Position numbers and translations under genes: made by a program
Notes under the pieces: model-generated
Database searches by the model: none
The model's input: the letters and a program-made list of their open reading frames with translations, nothing else
What the model was told of the DNA's origin: nothing
Source: Candidatus Bathyarchaeota archaeon
GTDB lineage: Archaea; Thermoproteota; Bathyarchaeia; Bathyarchaeales; Bathycorpusculaceae
Reading direction: 5' to 3'
NCBI GenBank assembly: GCA_963827165.1
Contig: CAWGZR010000009.1
Coordinates: 1 to 64,000, forward strand
DNA: 64,000 bases
Shown here: one piece after another, positions 47,525-57,384 of the stretch
Layout: each line of letters opens with the position of its first letter
Position numbering within the stretch: the first letter of the stretch is position 1

Positions 47525-48343
47525 CTAAAAAAATATTCCATAATGAACGGTTCGAAGGACAAACATGTCAACAAGAACCATGCCGACGCAAACAGCTATG
47601 ACCAATACGCCAATAAAGGTATCGAGTTTTGGCAGTTTCTTTTTTTCCAAAGTGAACAAATTATATTTTCCCGTGTAACCTCTTGAAATCATTGCGTTTC
47701 CCACTTTTTCCGACCTTTCGAAGGCTCTTACCAGAAGTGAACCGGCAATATTGCCGATGTTAGTCAACTTACTGAAGTAACCCACGGACTTTGAGTGACC
47801 ACACCTTGACGCCTGCGCCCGATACATGCGTAGGCTTTCGTCAGAGAGTACACCGATGTACCTGAACATTATCATCATCGTGTCGATTATTACGCCGGGA
47901 ACACGGAACCACGCAAGTGAATCCATGGTAGAAGAGATTGGTGTAACCAGTATGAGTAAATTTAGGACGGAAACAGCAGAAATGGCCCGCGTGAATACTA
48001 ATACGCCAAAGTAGATTCCTTGAGAATATACTGGAATCGTTAATAGTGGAACTCTGGCTATTATTGTTGTGCCGTAAGTGAAGGGCATAATAATGCCGAT
48101 GAATGCTATCATGGCGAGTGGAATCAATAATCTGTCAATATAAACTTTGATTTTTGCTCTTGAATATACGACTAATCCAAAGCATGCTCCAAAAAAAAGG
48201 AGAGGGACATACCAATGGCTAAGGGCGACGATACAGAAGATTGCAGTTATGGCGCATAGCAATTTTATTCTTGTATCTAATCTATGTAAGGCTGAGTTTC
48301 CTTCAGTGTATTCTTCAAGGTTCAGATGTTCCACTAAAGACAT
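47525..48343 (-). CDS. cbiQ: ECF cobalt transporter T component
   Basis: LHRLDTRIK, MFRYI, AQASR, AMISRGY. Confidence 0.9.
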   Translation of the reverse strand: MSLVEHLNLEEYTEGNSALHRLDTRIKLLCAITAIFCIVALSHWYVPLLFFGACFGLVVYSRAKIKVYIDRLLIPLAMIAFIGIIMPFTYGTTIIARVPLLTIPVYSQGIYFGVLVFTRAISAVSVLNLLILVTPISSTMDSLAWFRVPGVIIDTMMIMFRYIGVLSDESLRMYRAQASRCGHSKSVGYFSKLTNIGNIAGSLLVRAFERSEKVGNAMISRGYTGKYNLFTLEKKKLPKLDTFIGVLVIAVCVGMVLVDMFVLRTVHYGIFF

Positions 48344-48346
48344 TAC

Positions 48347-48481
48347 TTAATTCACCTTTTGTTTCATTTTCCTTAGCTGCATTTTACGGCCTATCATTGT
48401 GAAAATAAAGAAACCCGATATGGTTCCTATTCCATTGATCGGATCTCCCGTAAGAAAAGGCAATATGGCCAAGATAATCAT
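48347..48481 (-). CDS. 44-aa membrane microprotein inside the cbi transporter operon
   Basis: GGAGGT SD, ATG; fills the cbiN-cbiQ gap almost exactly; MIILAILPFLTGDPINGIGTISGFFIFTMIGRKMQLRKMKQKVN. Confidence 0.6.
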   Translation of the reverse strand: MIILAILPFLTGDPINGIGTISGFFIFTMIGRKMQLRKMKQKVN

Positions 48482-48490
48482 TTTTAGTCT

Positions 48491-48790
48491 TTACCTCCCT
48501 TCCCGTGTTTTACCGAATATTGTGGGGTAGATATAGCCTCCTATTAAGCCTCCACAGCATCCCACTACAGTGAAGCCAACGTTTTCGCCGGTGTTTCCCC
48601 AATATTCGATGGTGAATGGATTGTAATACACTGTGCCGGTGCTGCCAGCTTTTGCGTTTACAGAGCCATCTGTCGAAGGTAATTGTGATGGTGCGCCGTC
48701 AATGTAATAATAACTTACGTACGCCATTATAACTAGAGCCGTAATGCATGCAATAAGGCAAATTATTGCGATTCTATTGAACTTGTCCAT
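48491..48790 (-). CDS. cbiN: Cobalt transport accessory protein CbiN-like
   Basis: TM, TDG, YNPF, GE, TM ending GY; follows cbiM. Confidence 0.7.
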   Translation of the reverse strand: MDKFNRIAIICLIACITALVIMAYVSYYYIDGAPSQLPSTDGSVNAKAGSTGTVYYNPFTIEYWGNTGENVGFTVVGCCGGLIGGYIYPTIFGKTREGR

Positions 48791-49465
48791 TTAGCTCTTC
48801 ACCTCTGTTGTTGGCGGTTTTACCATCCACCATTTTAGTAGTTCAGGTCTATGGTTTGCTATGTACTGGATAGCTGCAGCCGTGAAGCCAAACTCCAAGA
48901 TTGCTAGCGGAATCTGAGTGGGCAAGTAACCAACCATGAATATGCCCCACCATGTAAACAAGTTGTTTGGGTGAAGTCCGATTGCAAGTTCAAAAGCTGC
49001 CGTAACGTATGTCATGAGGTCGCCTACTATGCCGCCGGTGCCTGCTGCGATCCAAAGTGGAGCTTTTAGTTTGTAGAGAAGAATAAAAATGCCGAAGCCT
49101 GTGAATGTTCCTACGATTCCCATGGACATGTCGTTTGCGCCGATGGTTGTTATTCCGCCGTGTCCGACGAATGTTTGGAAGAACAGGGCGATTGCCGATA
49201 TGACGGTTACTGGGAACGGTCCGATTAACATTGCTGCCATTGGTGTTCCGACGGGGTGTGAGCATGAACCTGTGACGGGAACTGGGATGTGCCAAACGGA
49301 TATTACGAAAACTGCTGCGCCCATTAAGCCGACTAAGGACATGTATTTCGGATCAGCTTTGCGTTTTCTAGATATCTGGATAGCTCCTACGGCTACGAAA
49401 ACTGCTGCTAATAAGTACCAAAATATGCACCATTCGGGTGACAATATTCCATCTGCTATATGCAT
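48791..49465 (-). CDS. cbiM: ECF cobalt transporter substrate-binding subunit
   Basis: MHIADGIL, PVPVTGSCSHPVG, HGGITTIGAN, TQIPLAILE. Confidence 0.93.
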   Translation of the reverse strand: MHIADGILSPEWCIFWYLLAAVFVAVGAIQISRKRKADPKYMSLVGLMGAAVFVISVWHIPVPVTGSCSHPVGTPMAAMLIGPFPVTVISAIALFFQTFVGHGGITTIGANDMSMGIVGTFTGFGIFILLYKLKAPLWIAAGTGGIVGDLMTYVTAAFELAIGLHPNNLFTWWGIFMVGYLPTQIPLAILEFGFTAAAIQYIANHRPELLKWWMVKPPTTEVKS

Positions 49466-49484
49466 GTTGTTTTTTCCCTCTCCT

Positions 49485-49506
49485 GTTGGATGGATAATCC
49501 AACCTG
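49485..49506. promoter_or_regulatory. Candidate cobalamin-regulon operator upstream of cbiM
   Basis: GTTGGAT-ggata-ATCCAAC palindrome; near-copy at 58699-58720. Confidence 0.7.
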
Positions 49507-49557
49507 AAAGTTTATAAATTCTCGCTTAACTTAAGGTTAAGCTCAGGTTGAATTAAA

Positions 49558-50385
49558 TTGCGAAAGTCATCCGTTCCACTTCTCCTTCGGAGCAAAAGCG
49601 AATTCACTAGGTTCGAAATTCTTCTGGCGATCATGCGCGGTCAACCTCACGTTAAACAAAAGGATATAAGCGAAACGCTTGGAGTCACTATTCAAGCTGT
49701 CTCAAAATACTTCAAAAACCTCAAGAAAGAAGGCTACCTTGAAACTGGCTCAGAACGGGCAGATTATAGGCTGACACAGAAAGCGATCTCAGGAATACAG
49801 GCGGATTTGAAGAGCCTAGAGGGGTACATTATCTCAATTAAAGGTGAAATGAAATTTGAACGATCCATGCCGGCCATAGCGACGCGGCAGGTAAAAACAG
49901 GAGACGAAGTTGGCTTAGTTATGAAAGGAGGCGTCATTTATACCGTCGCCCCGGATGGCTCTGAAGCAAAAGGTACTGCAATGGAAGATGCCTCGCCTGG
50001 AGAAGACTTGGAACTAAAAAATTTACAGGGCAAATTGAAAGTTAAAGAAGGAAGAATTCTTATTGTAAAGTTACCAAGCATCAGAAAGGGTGGTTCACGA
50101 GTAGTTGACCTTGATAAAATCAAGGAATTCTACGATGAGTTCAAGCCTGACCGAGTTGGCGTAATGGGAGCAGTTGGAAGAGCCGTTTTAAACAAGCTAG
50201 GTCTTAAGGCAGATATCGAGTTTGGAATTAGCCGTGCTGCAGCAATAGCCGCTTCAAGGGGCTTAAATGTGCTCGTGCTGGTTGTTGGTAGGATGGCTAA
50301 CCGAATGACGGAAGAAATCGAAAATTTAAACATGAAAAGTGCAACCAACATATGCTATGAAATACGTGATGCAAAAAGCATCTAA
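49558..50385 (+). CDS. Archaeal winged-HTH regulator (COG1497-like), divergent from cbiM
   Basis: QPHVKQKDISETLGVTIQAVSKY..L..EGY; AAIAASRGL C-terminal domain. Confidence 0.8.
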   Translation: MRKSSVPLLLRSKSEFTRFEILLAIMRGQPHVKQKDISETLGVTIQAVSKYFKNLKKEGYLETGSERADYRLTQKAISGIQADLKSLEGYIISIKGEMKFERSMPAIATRQVKTGDEVGLVMKGGVIYTVAPDGSEAKGTAMEDASPGEDLELKNLQGKLKVKEGRILIVKLPSIRKGGSRVVDLDKIKEFYDEFKPDRVGVMGAVGRAVLNKLGLKADIEFGISRAAAIAASRGLNVLVLVVGRMANRMTEEIENLNMKSATNICYEIRDAKSI

Positions 50386-50578
50386 AACCATTTACACCCG
50401 AAAGCAATGTTTCAACTCACATTATGAGCAAATAGAGCAAAAAAGCAAGAGAGAAGTATTGCACAATTTGATTTCATTTGCCTTTTTGTGCACAACTTGT
50501 TGACGACAAATTTGTGGCTAACATGGAAAATGCAACAAATTCGCAAAAAACAGAGTAATGCGTACTTCTAAAAGGCGA

Positions 50579-51310
50579 CTACTGCTCGAGGTCATAACCT
50601 CGAGGTGTTACCATCTGGCGGTTCACTATTTTTGTGGTCGAATTACCTACGATAATGGTGGTTGCCATGTCTACGTTTTTAAGTATCAACTCTTTGAGCG
50701 AAGTTATGGTTGTCTCTTCACCGTTTCTTCCTGCTTGTTTCACAATCCCCACCGGAGTGCTTGGCTTTCTGTATTCGAGTAGGATTTCGTGAGCTTTAGC
50801 CAATGGTTTTTTGCGGCCTAAACTTTGAGGGTTGTACAGGACAATAACGAAGTCTGCCTCCGCCGCAGCCTTTAACCGTTTTTCAATTAGATCCCATGGC
50901 GTCAGAAGGTCGCTAAGACTAATTACTGCAAAATCTGTCACTAATGGCGCACCCAATTTAGATGCTGCAGCAGTCGCCGCTGTTACCCCTGGAATAATCT
51001 CTATAGGAACATCAGCTTTCTCAAACGCAGCGGTTTCCAATACCACGCCTGCCATACCGTAAACTCCCGGGTCACCACTGCTGACGACCACCACCAATTT
51101 GTCTTCCAAAGCTTTTGCAACGGATGTTTTGGCACGATCCACTTCTCGCCCCATGGTGCCAGAAATGACCTCTACGCCGGGTTTGATTATGTTTTGAATG
51201 AGTTCTATGTAGGTTTTGTAGCCTACGACGACGTCTGCGTCCTCGATGGCTTTTCGGGCTTTAGGCGTCATCTGCTCGACAGCGCCGGGTCCGATTCCGA
51301 CGACGCTTAT
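50579..51310 (-). CDS. cbiH: Cobalt-precorrin-3B C17-methyltransferase
   Basis: VVGIGPG (upstream of the first ATG), SSGDPGVYGMA, DFAVISLSDLLTPW, LYNP, TPRGY; ATA start inferred. Confidence 0.9.
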   Translation of the reverse strand: MSVVGIGPGAVEQMTPKARKAIEDADVVVGYKTYIELIQNIIKPGVEVISGTMGREVDRAKTSVAKALEDKLVVVVSSGDPGVYGMAGVVLETAAFEKADVPIEIIPGVTAATAAASKLGAPLVTDFAVISLSDLLTPWDLIEKRLKAAAEADFVIVLYNPQSLGRKKPLAKAHEILLEYRKPSTPVGIVKQAGRNGEETTITSLKELILKNVDMATTIIVGNSTTKIVNRQMVTPRGYDLEQ

Positions 51311-52392
51311 TCGCCTTCTGCTATCGCCACTGTTACGCCGTTCATTTTTTGTTTTTTCAAGATTAGATGTGGGTTTTTTCCTGCTATTATTAGTGCTGCT
51401 CGTTCACATACTCCTCCTACTCCAATTTTGTTTTGAACCATTTCTGAATCTGGAGACAAGTCTTCGTGTTTGAAGGCACGAAGCGTCTCTACGCTTATGA
51501 ATTCAAATTTTAAGTCCAACTTGTCAGCCGCATCCAACATGCCCCGCGAATTTTTCTTAAGATCAACTGTTGCCAAACCATCTATGCGTTCGAAAGTCAA
51601 ATTCGTTCGCTCCAAAGCAGAGCGCACGGCTTCTAAGATTTGGTCTCTTGTGATTTCTTTTCTTGCCCCTATACCCATGATTATTCGTTTTGGCTTCAAG
51701 ATGGTATAGGGTTTAACCGCCTTTTCATCCGTCAATAATTCTTTTGTTACTATTGCAGCTGCATTATACTTGCTCGTAATTTCCATTGCTTGAGCAAGGT
51801 TTTCAGCCTTTTCAACAATGTAACCATTAACCGCATTTGTCTGAATCTTTAGGTCGCCAACTAAAATAAGCGCTAGGTTTTCCCCATTTACCAAAATGGC
51901 GTTGACAGAGACGAGGCTTTCAGGATTCACAATCGACAAATGCATGATTCGGGCGAGTTCATCAACACTCTGCTTTCCCAAAGAATCCGATGCCGTGGTG
52001 ATTACGGCGGTGGCACCTATTCCTTCTGAGATTAGTCTTGTCAACTCGTTGGCGCCACCATAATGCCCCGATAACAAACTTATGACGAATTTTCCGTTGG
52101 CGTCGACGCCTATGATGGCGGGGTCCACCAGCTTCCCTTGTAAGTAAGGTGCAATGGCACGTAAGATTATGCCAGTTGCCATAACCGCGACGATTGCATC
52201 CACAGTGCTGTAGGTTTCTTTAATGAACTCGTCCAGTTTCTGTTCAAGTGGGTTTACATCTTTTAGCATGTACTTTTTGGGCGCGTAAACTTCACACTGC
52301 AATCCAATGCTAATGAGTGCCTTTTTGATTTTGAGTGCGGTTTCAACTCCCCGCTTCGTAATTGAGATAACAACTATTCCGCGGGTGTACAT
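51307..52392 (-). CDS. cbiG: Cobalt-precorrin-5A hydrolase
   Basis: MATGIILR, DPA, ISLLSGHYGGAN, VITTAS, GIGAR, GVCERAAL. Confidence 0.92.
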   Translation of the reverse strand: MYTRGIVVISITKRGVETALKIKKALISIGLQCEVYAPKKYMLKDVNPLEQKLDEFIKETYSTVDAIVAVMATGIILRAIAPYLQGKLVDPAIIGVDANGKFVISLLSGHYGGANELTRLISEGIGATAVITTASDSLGKQSVDELARIMHLSIVNPESLVSVNAILVNGENLALILVGDLKIQTNAVNGYIVEKAENLAQAMEITSKYNAAAIVTKELLTDEKAVKPYTILKPKRIIMGIGARKEITRDQILEAVRSALERTNLTFERIDGLATVDLKKNSRGMLDAADKLDLKFEFISVETLRAFKHEDLSPDSEMVQNKIGVGGVCERAALIIAGKNPHLILKKQKMNGVTVAIAEGE

Positions 52393-53156
52393 TATTCTGC
52401 GCCTTTGCGGAAGCCCGTAGTGAAAGTAGGGTCATAAAGCTTTGAAAGATCATATGATTTGGGATCCAAAACTTTACCAACGAAAATCAGCGCTGTTTCA
52501 GTTATGCCTGCAGCCTTCACTTTCTCGGCTATGTCACTCAAATTGCCTTTGACAATTTTCTGTTCGGGCCAAGTTGCCTTGTAAACCACTTGAGCGGGCG
52601 TATCTTTTGGATATCCACCTTTGAGGAGATTCTGGACAACCCGCGCGATATGTGGGGTGCCGAGAAATATGACCATTGTTGCTTGGTGTTTCGCAAGTTC
52701 GATGAGGCTTTCAGATTTAGGCACTGGTGTTCTGCCTTCGGGTCGCGTGATGATAACCGTTTGAGAAATATTTGGCAGGGTTAGTTCACGGTTAAGAGCG
52801 CCGGCTCCCCCTTGCAAGCAGCTGACTCCGGGGATTCGGAAGTACTCAATTTTCATTTCGTCAAGAAAGCTCATTTGTTCCTGTATGGCACCATAGAAGC
52901 TTGGGTCGCCGTCGTGGACTCGAGCAACGAGTTTGCCTTCTTTCAAAGCTTGAGCCATTACTTCCAGAACTTCTGGTAGGCTCATTTTAGCGCTATCATG
53001 CAGCGCTGCATCACTCTTGCAATACTTGAGGTATTCAGGATTCAGAAGTGAACCCGCGTAGATAACGACATCTGCTTTTTCGAGCCATTTTTTGCCTTTG
53101 AGAGTGATTAGCTCAGGGTCACCCGGACCTGCACCGATAAAAACAACTTTGCTCAT
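52392..53156 (-). CDS. cbiF: Cobalt-precorrin-4 C11-methyltransferase
   Basis: GAGPGDPELITLKG, YAGSL, RVHDGDPSFYGAI, ATWPEQ, SKLYD. Confidence 0.93.
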   Translation of the reverse strand: MSKVVFIGAGPGDPELITLKGKKWLEKADVVIYAGSLLNPEYLKYCKSDAALHDSAKMSLPEVLEVMAQALKEGKLVARVHDGDPSFYGAIQEQMSFLDEMKIEYFRIPGVSCLQGGAGALNRELTLPNISQTVIITRPEGRTPVPKSESLIELAKHQATMVIFLGTPHIARVVQNLLKGGYPKDTPAQVVYKATWPEQKIVKGNLSDIAEKVKAAGITETALIFVGKVLDPKSYDLSKLYDPTFTTGFRKGAE

Positions 53157-53917
53157 GGTTTTTCAACCTGTTTCCAGTGAATGGGAACTTGGCTTCTTTT
53201 GACAATTGCTACAGAGAAGTAATCCTCTGTTATGTCCCAGCCTTGCACATCGCCGAGTTTTCCCACTAAGACCTTCTCCTCGGGCAAAGTACACCTTTTT
53301 ACTAAGGCTATCGTTGAGTTTTCCCCGAAACCGGCTCGCTGCAGAACATGAATTAATTCTTTTACGCGATATGCGCACTTCATGAACACGACGTTATCTG
53401 CGGATCTTGCAGTCTCCTCAATAAGGGCTGGATCTATGTCTGAAGGTATTATCGACACTGATTCCTCCCTTTCAGCCAAAGGCAATTTGGCGCTTGCGGC
53501 AGCAGCAGTAACCGAAGTTACACCTGGAATTATTTCCAGCTCAACCTCAGGGTAGGTTTCTTTCACGAATTCATAAAGATAAAGAAACGTGCTGTAAAGC
53601 ATGGGGTCGCCCAACGTGATGAATGCGATAAGCTTGCCTGCTTTGGCCATGGATGAGACAATAGTGGCGTCTTTGACCCAAAGCTTTCTGTTGTTCATCT
53701 CATCTTTGGTCATGGGGAAGACGAGTTCGATAATTTCCGGTGGTTTCGCTCGTTCTTGAAGAATTTGTTGGACCATCCCGAGGGCTATGCTAGGCTTTTT
53801 TGCATGCGACTTTGGAACGCAAAGAACGTCAGCTAATTTCAGGGCTTTCACTGCCTTTAGAGTTAATAGTTCTGGATCTCCCGGACCGACACCAATTCCT
53901 ATGAATTTTCCAGTCAA
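53153..53917 (-). CDS. cbiL: Cobalt-sirohydrochlorin C20-methyltransferase
   Basis: GIGVGPGDPELLTLKA, FPMT, TLGDPMLYSTF, VVFMK. Confidence 0.92.
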   Translation of the reverse strand: MTGKFIGIGVGPGDPELLTLKAVKALKLADVLCVPKSHAKKPSIALGMVQQILQERAKPPEIIELVFPMTKDEMNNRKLWVKDATIVSSMAKAGKLIAFITLGDPMLYSTFLYLYEFVKETYPEVELEIIPGVTSVTAAAASAKLPLAEREESVSIIPSDIDPALIEETARSADNVVFMKCAYRVKELIHVLQRAGFGENSTIALVKRCTLPEEKVLVGKLGDVQGWDITEDYFSVAIVKRSQVPIHWKQVEKP

Positions 53918-53927
53918 ACTTTTCCAC

Positions 53928-54530
53928 CTATTCGTTAGTAGCCGATATTATGGTGATTGGATTCCTTGCCAACATCATTGTTCCCGCACCAGCCGTTTTC
54001 CCTTTAGCTGCAAAAATCTCAACAACGTCGACTTCTTTGAAACCTGATTTTTTGATTTCTTCCAAAGCGGCAGTTGCTGTTTCCAGCAGTATGGCATTTA
54101 TGACTATTCTTCCATTTGGCTTCAACTTCCTGTGGGCTATTCGTATCACCGACCTAAGCGAGTGACTTCCGCCTATAATGAAGGCATCAACTGCAGGGAG
54201 ATTAGCCAGAGCCTCAGGTGCAGCTCCGTGAGTAACTTGAACAATGCTCTGCAAACCAAACTTCGCAACGTTGCCCGAGGTTAGTCGCACGGCTTCTTCG
54301 TCCTCATCTATAGAGTAGACTTTTCCTTTTGAACCAACCTGCAGAGCTGCTTCAACTGTCAAGCCGCCGGTGCCGCAGCCGACATCCGCCACTACGGACC
54401 CTTCACAGAGACGAGCCTTCGAAATCGTAATCACTCGAATTTCTTCTTTAGTTGGCCCTGGAACATTATCACTTTGAGTAAACATTTCGTCAGGTACGCC
54501 AGGAGTTTTGTAATTCCACATATCAACCAT
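53928..54530 (-). CDS. cbiT: Cobalt-precorrin-6B C15-methyltransferase (decarboxylating)
   Basis: PGVPD..F, TKEEIR, DVGCGTG, FIIGG, NAILLET, ARNPI. Confidence 0.92.
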   Translation of the reverse strand: MVDMWNYKTPGVPDEMFTQSDNVPGPTKEEIRVITISKARLCEGSVVADVGCGTGGLTVEAALQVGSKGKVYSIDEDEEAVRLTSGNVAKFGLQSIVQVTHGAAPEALANLPAVDAFIIGGSHSLRSVIRIAHRKLKPNGRIVINAILLETATAALEEIKKSGFKEVDVVEIFAAKGKTAGAGTMMLARNPITIISATNE

Positions 54531-54531
54531 C

Positions 54532-55203
54532 TCACATTTCGGTTTTTGAATTTCTATTTATCATCATTACACATAGCGGGGAAAAACTCAATTTTGGAAC
54601 TCCCATTAAGGTGGTCTCGAGTACGCTTTCGTTGTTTAGAGTCAAATTCTCGCAGATAGAAACAGGAGTCTCCTTGTCTATACCCGCTAAGAGAAGGTAT
54701 TTTGCGACTTCACGCGGAGGAAAAGTCTTAGGCTCAGGAAGCAACATGACAGTTTTTCCAGTCTTAACCGCTTCGGCAAGCGCTCGTTTCTTTTCAACAT
54801 CTACCCCGTCATGGAAAGCGAAAATAACTGCATCGTCCCAGCCTATGCAGAGCCGAGCCGCACATGCCTGCATGGAACTTACGCCAGGAATAACTTTAAT
54901 ATCGACATCTTTGTCCATTGACCTTCTCAAGAGTGCCCCTAACAGCCCCGAAAAACCCGGATCACCTGTCGACAAAAGCGCTACTACTTTTCCATTATGG
55001 GCTGAAACGACTAAATGTTTTAGTCCTTCCTCCATGTTCTTGGCAGTCAACGCCAAGGTTTCTCCTTTAATGTCCTCTCGAAATAGGTTTAAGCTGCGTT
55101 CAGCACCGATTATCACCTGCGAAGCTTGAACTGCTTTTCTTGCGGCTGGAGTTACATAGTCGGGTGAGCCTGGACCCGTTCCGACTATGTAGACTTTAGT
55201 CAC
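54532..55203 (-). CDS. cbiE: Cobalt-precorrin-7 C5-methyltransferase
   Basis: IVGTGPG, STGDPGFSG, IPGVSSMQ, CENLT..E. Confidence 0.92.
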   Translation of the reverse strand: MTKVYIVGTGPGSPDYVTPAARKAVQASQVIIGAERSLNLFREDIKGETLALTAKNMEEGLKHLVVSAHNGKVVALLSTGDPGFSGLLGALLRRSMDKDVDIKVIPGVSSMQACAARLCIGWDDAVIFAFHDGVDVEKKRALAEAVKTGKTVMLLPEPKTFPPREVAKYLLLAGIDKETPVSICENLTLNNESVLETTLMGVPKLSFSPLCVMMINRNSKTEM

Positions 55204-56282
55204 GGTTCTAAACCTCTTGCGTTTTCGTCGACTCCGAGTATTTTTCCTTCCATGGAGACGATTATGATGCTAAATTTGATTTTGTTCTTTGTCCGATCCG
55301 TAACTCGCGCGTGGATCTTTTGGGCTATTCTATCGTATGTAGCCCTTACCAGGTTAATTTTACTGAGGAGTTGGGTGGCTTCTTCCGTGGTGTTCGACTG
55401 CAGTACCGCGTTTATGGTTTCTGTGTCTGCACCTACGGAGGCAGCGTAAGCCGCAATGACCTCGTTTCTGGCATCACCCATTTTGTAATGAGTGTTGAAG
55501 ATTCCTGCTGCCAACTTCACCATCTTGCCCGAGTGACCCAGAAACACAATTTCCTTAACTCCCTTCTCAGCTGCCTTTTCCAGCATGTAACCCACGAAGT
55601 CCCCCGTCTGCACTACCTGGTCAGCTGGAACATTAAACAGCTGCTTAGCTATCCTTTCGCCAATGTTTCCTGGAACAAAGAAAACCCGCTCGTAGCCGTG
55701 GGCTATAGCTACGTCAATCTGAGGAACCAACGAGCGCCTGCACGCTTCCAGCGACAGAGGCTTTACCACGCCTGTCGTGCCAAGGACGCTTAAGCCACCG
55801 ACTATGCCCAGTTTTGCATTGAGCGTTTTTTCTGCTATTTTTTCGCCATCTGGAATAGATATTGTGACTTCAGCGCCCTTGCCCTCAGGCAATGCCTCTC
55901 TGACGGCGTCTGTTATCATTTTTCTTGGAACAGGGTTAATCGCCGATTCACCCACTGGAACTTGGATGCCTGGCTTGGTCACTTTGCCTATGCCCCCACC
56001 GTTTTTTATGGTGATTTTGCCGTCGTCAGTTAGCTTTACAGTTGCGGTTATGTCCATGCCGTTGGTGACGTCAATATCTTCCCCTGCGTCTTTCACGACC
56101 GTAGCTACTGCGGAATCGCCTAGTTTCTTGCAGTTCTTGACGGGTATTTCAAAGCGGATGCCAATGGGCGTAGGAATAACAACTTTGTCAACGCAGTTGC
56201 TGGTTAGCGTGATTAATGCGGCTTTGGCTGCGGCCGCTGCGCACGAACCGGTAGTGATTCCATACTTCAGAAACTTTGACAT
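55200..56282 (-). CDS. cbiD: Cobalt-precorrin-5B C1-methyltransferase
   Basis: GITTGSCAAAA, KDAGEDIDVT, AINPVPR, LGIVGGLSVLGTTG, GKMVKLAAG. Confidence 0.94.
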   Translation of the reverse strand: MSKFLKYGITTGSCAAAAAKAALITLTSNCVDKVVIPTPIGIRFEIPVKNCKKLGDSAVATVVKDAGEDIDVTNGMDITATVKLTDDGKITIKNGGGIGKVTKPGIQVPVGESAINPVPRKMITDAVREALPEGKGAEVTISIPDGEKIAEKTLNAKLGIVGGLSVLGTTGVVKPLSLEACRRSLVPQIDVAIAHGYERVFFVPGNIGERIAKQLFNVPADQVVQTGDFVGYMLEKAAEKGVKEIVFLGHSGKMVKLAAGIFNTHYKMGDARNEVIAAYAASVGADTETINAVLQSNTTEEATQLLSKINLVRATYDRIAQKIHARVTDRTKNKIKFSIIIVSMEGKILGVDENARGLEP

Positions 56283-56283
56283 T

Positions 56284-57369
56284 TCAATCCTCTTTTTTAG
56301 TCTCTGCCATCGACAGCAACGCGTTGAAAATGGCCACGGCAATTGTGCTTCCGCCTTTGCGTCCTTTAATAATTATATATGGAATAGGCAATTTAGAAAT
56401 GACTTCTTTGGATGCTGCAGCACCCACGTAACCCACCTCAGTGGCTACAATCAGGGCAGGCTTTGCCGTTCCAGCCTCAACGGCTCGGGCCAATTCAAAT
56501 GCGGCTGTTGGCGCGTTTCCAATGAGGAATATTGAGCCATTTACGCCGTCTTCTACAGCTAAACGCATAGCCGCAGTTGACCGTGTGATTGACTCGTCAT
56601 CTGCCATTTTGGTGGCGCGTTGGTCGTCGATGTAGGTGAGAATTTTTCCACCGAACTTTTCCACTCTAGCTTCTTTTATCCCAGCTTTAATCATTTTAAC
56701 ATCTGTGACTATTTTTGAGCCCGCTTTTATGGCGGCGACTCCCGCGTCGACTGCTTTGTCACTGATTACCAACAGCTTGGCAAATTCAGGGTCGGCGGTT
56801 GTGTGAACTACACGTTCGATTATTGCTGCATGCTTCTTGGGGGCTTTCGTTAAAATCTCTTGAATTTCAGGTCGGATGAGTTTCATGCTATCTTCGAATA
56901 TCTGCTTAGAAGCAGCAGGCGCATTTGTGTTTTTATTTTCATTTGCACTTGAACTAAAAGGGACATGATTATGTTCGCGGACTTCTTGACCAAGTGCTTT
57001 TAATGCTTTTTCTTCCAAGATTACGGCAATACATTCGTCCGCACCAATAGGTTCCCCATAAACCAATTGAATTCCACTTGCAGAGAGTTGAGATTCCTTG
57101 TCTTTTACGCCTATGAGTTCTGGGATCTCCTGCGTGGTGTGCACTCCAGGCGCCAAGAAAGCAGGGATCAAGACGATTTTTTTGACGCCTTTTTTGGCGA
57201 TGGCATCTATCGCTTCGGGGATGGTAGGCGTGTTCCTCATCATAAAGGAAATTTCGACTACCTTAAAGCTGGAGCGTTTACGCATAATGTCTGCTATTTT
57301 CTCGAGGTTTTCTCGGTTGTGTGGAAGCTTGCTTCCATGTCCAATTAGTACTAATCCAACGTTTTCCAT
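56284..57369 (-). CDS. Fused CbiX cobaltochelatase and CbiC precorrin-8X methylmutase
   Basis: N-terminal GHGS..PAFLAPGVH..GEPIG; C-terminal RVVHTTAD, IGNAPTA, VGYVGA, GRKGGS. Confidence 0.9.
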   Translation of the reverse strand: MENVGLVLIGHGSKLPHNRENLEKIADIMRKRSSFKVVEISFMMRNTPTIPEAIDAIAKKGVKKIVLIPAFLAPGVHTTQEIPELIGVKDKESQLSASGIQLVYGEPIGADECIAVILEEKALKALGQEVREHNHVPFSSSANENKNTNAPAASKQIFEDSMKLIRPEIQEILTKAPKKHAAIIERVVHTTADPEFAKLLVISDKAVDAGVAAIKAGSKIVTDVKMIKAGIKEARVEKFGGKILTYIDDQRATKMADDESITRSTAAMRLAVEDGVNGSIFLIGNAPTAAFELARAVEAGTAKPALIVATEVGYVGAAASKEVISKLPIPYIIIKGRKGGSTIAVAIFNALLSMAETKKED

Positions 57370-57384
57370 TTCAAAATCTCCTTT

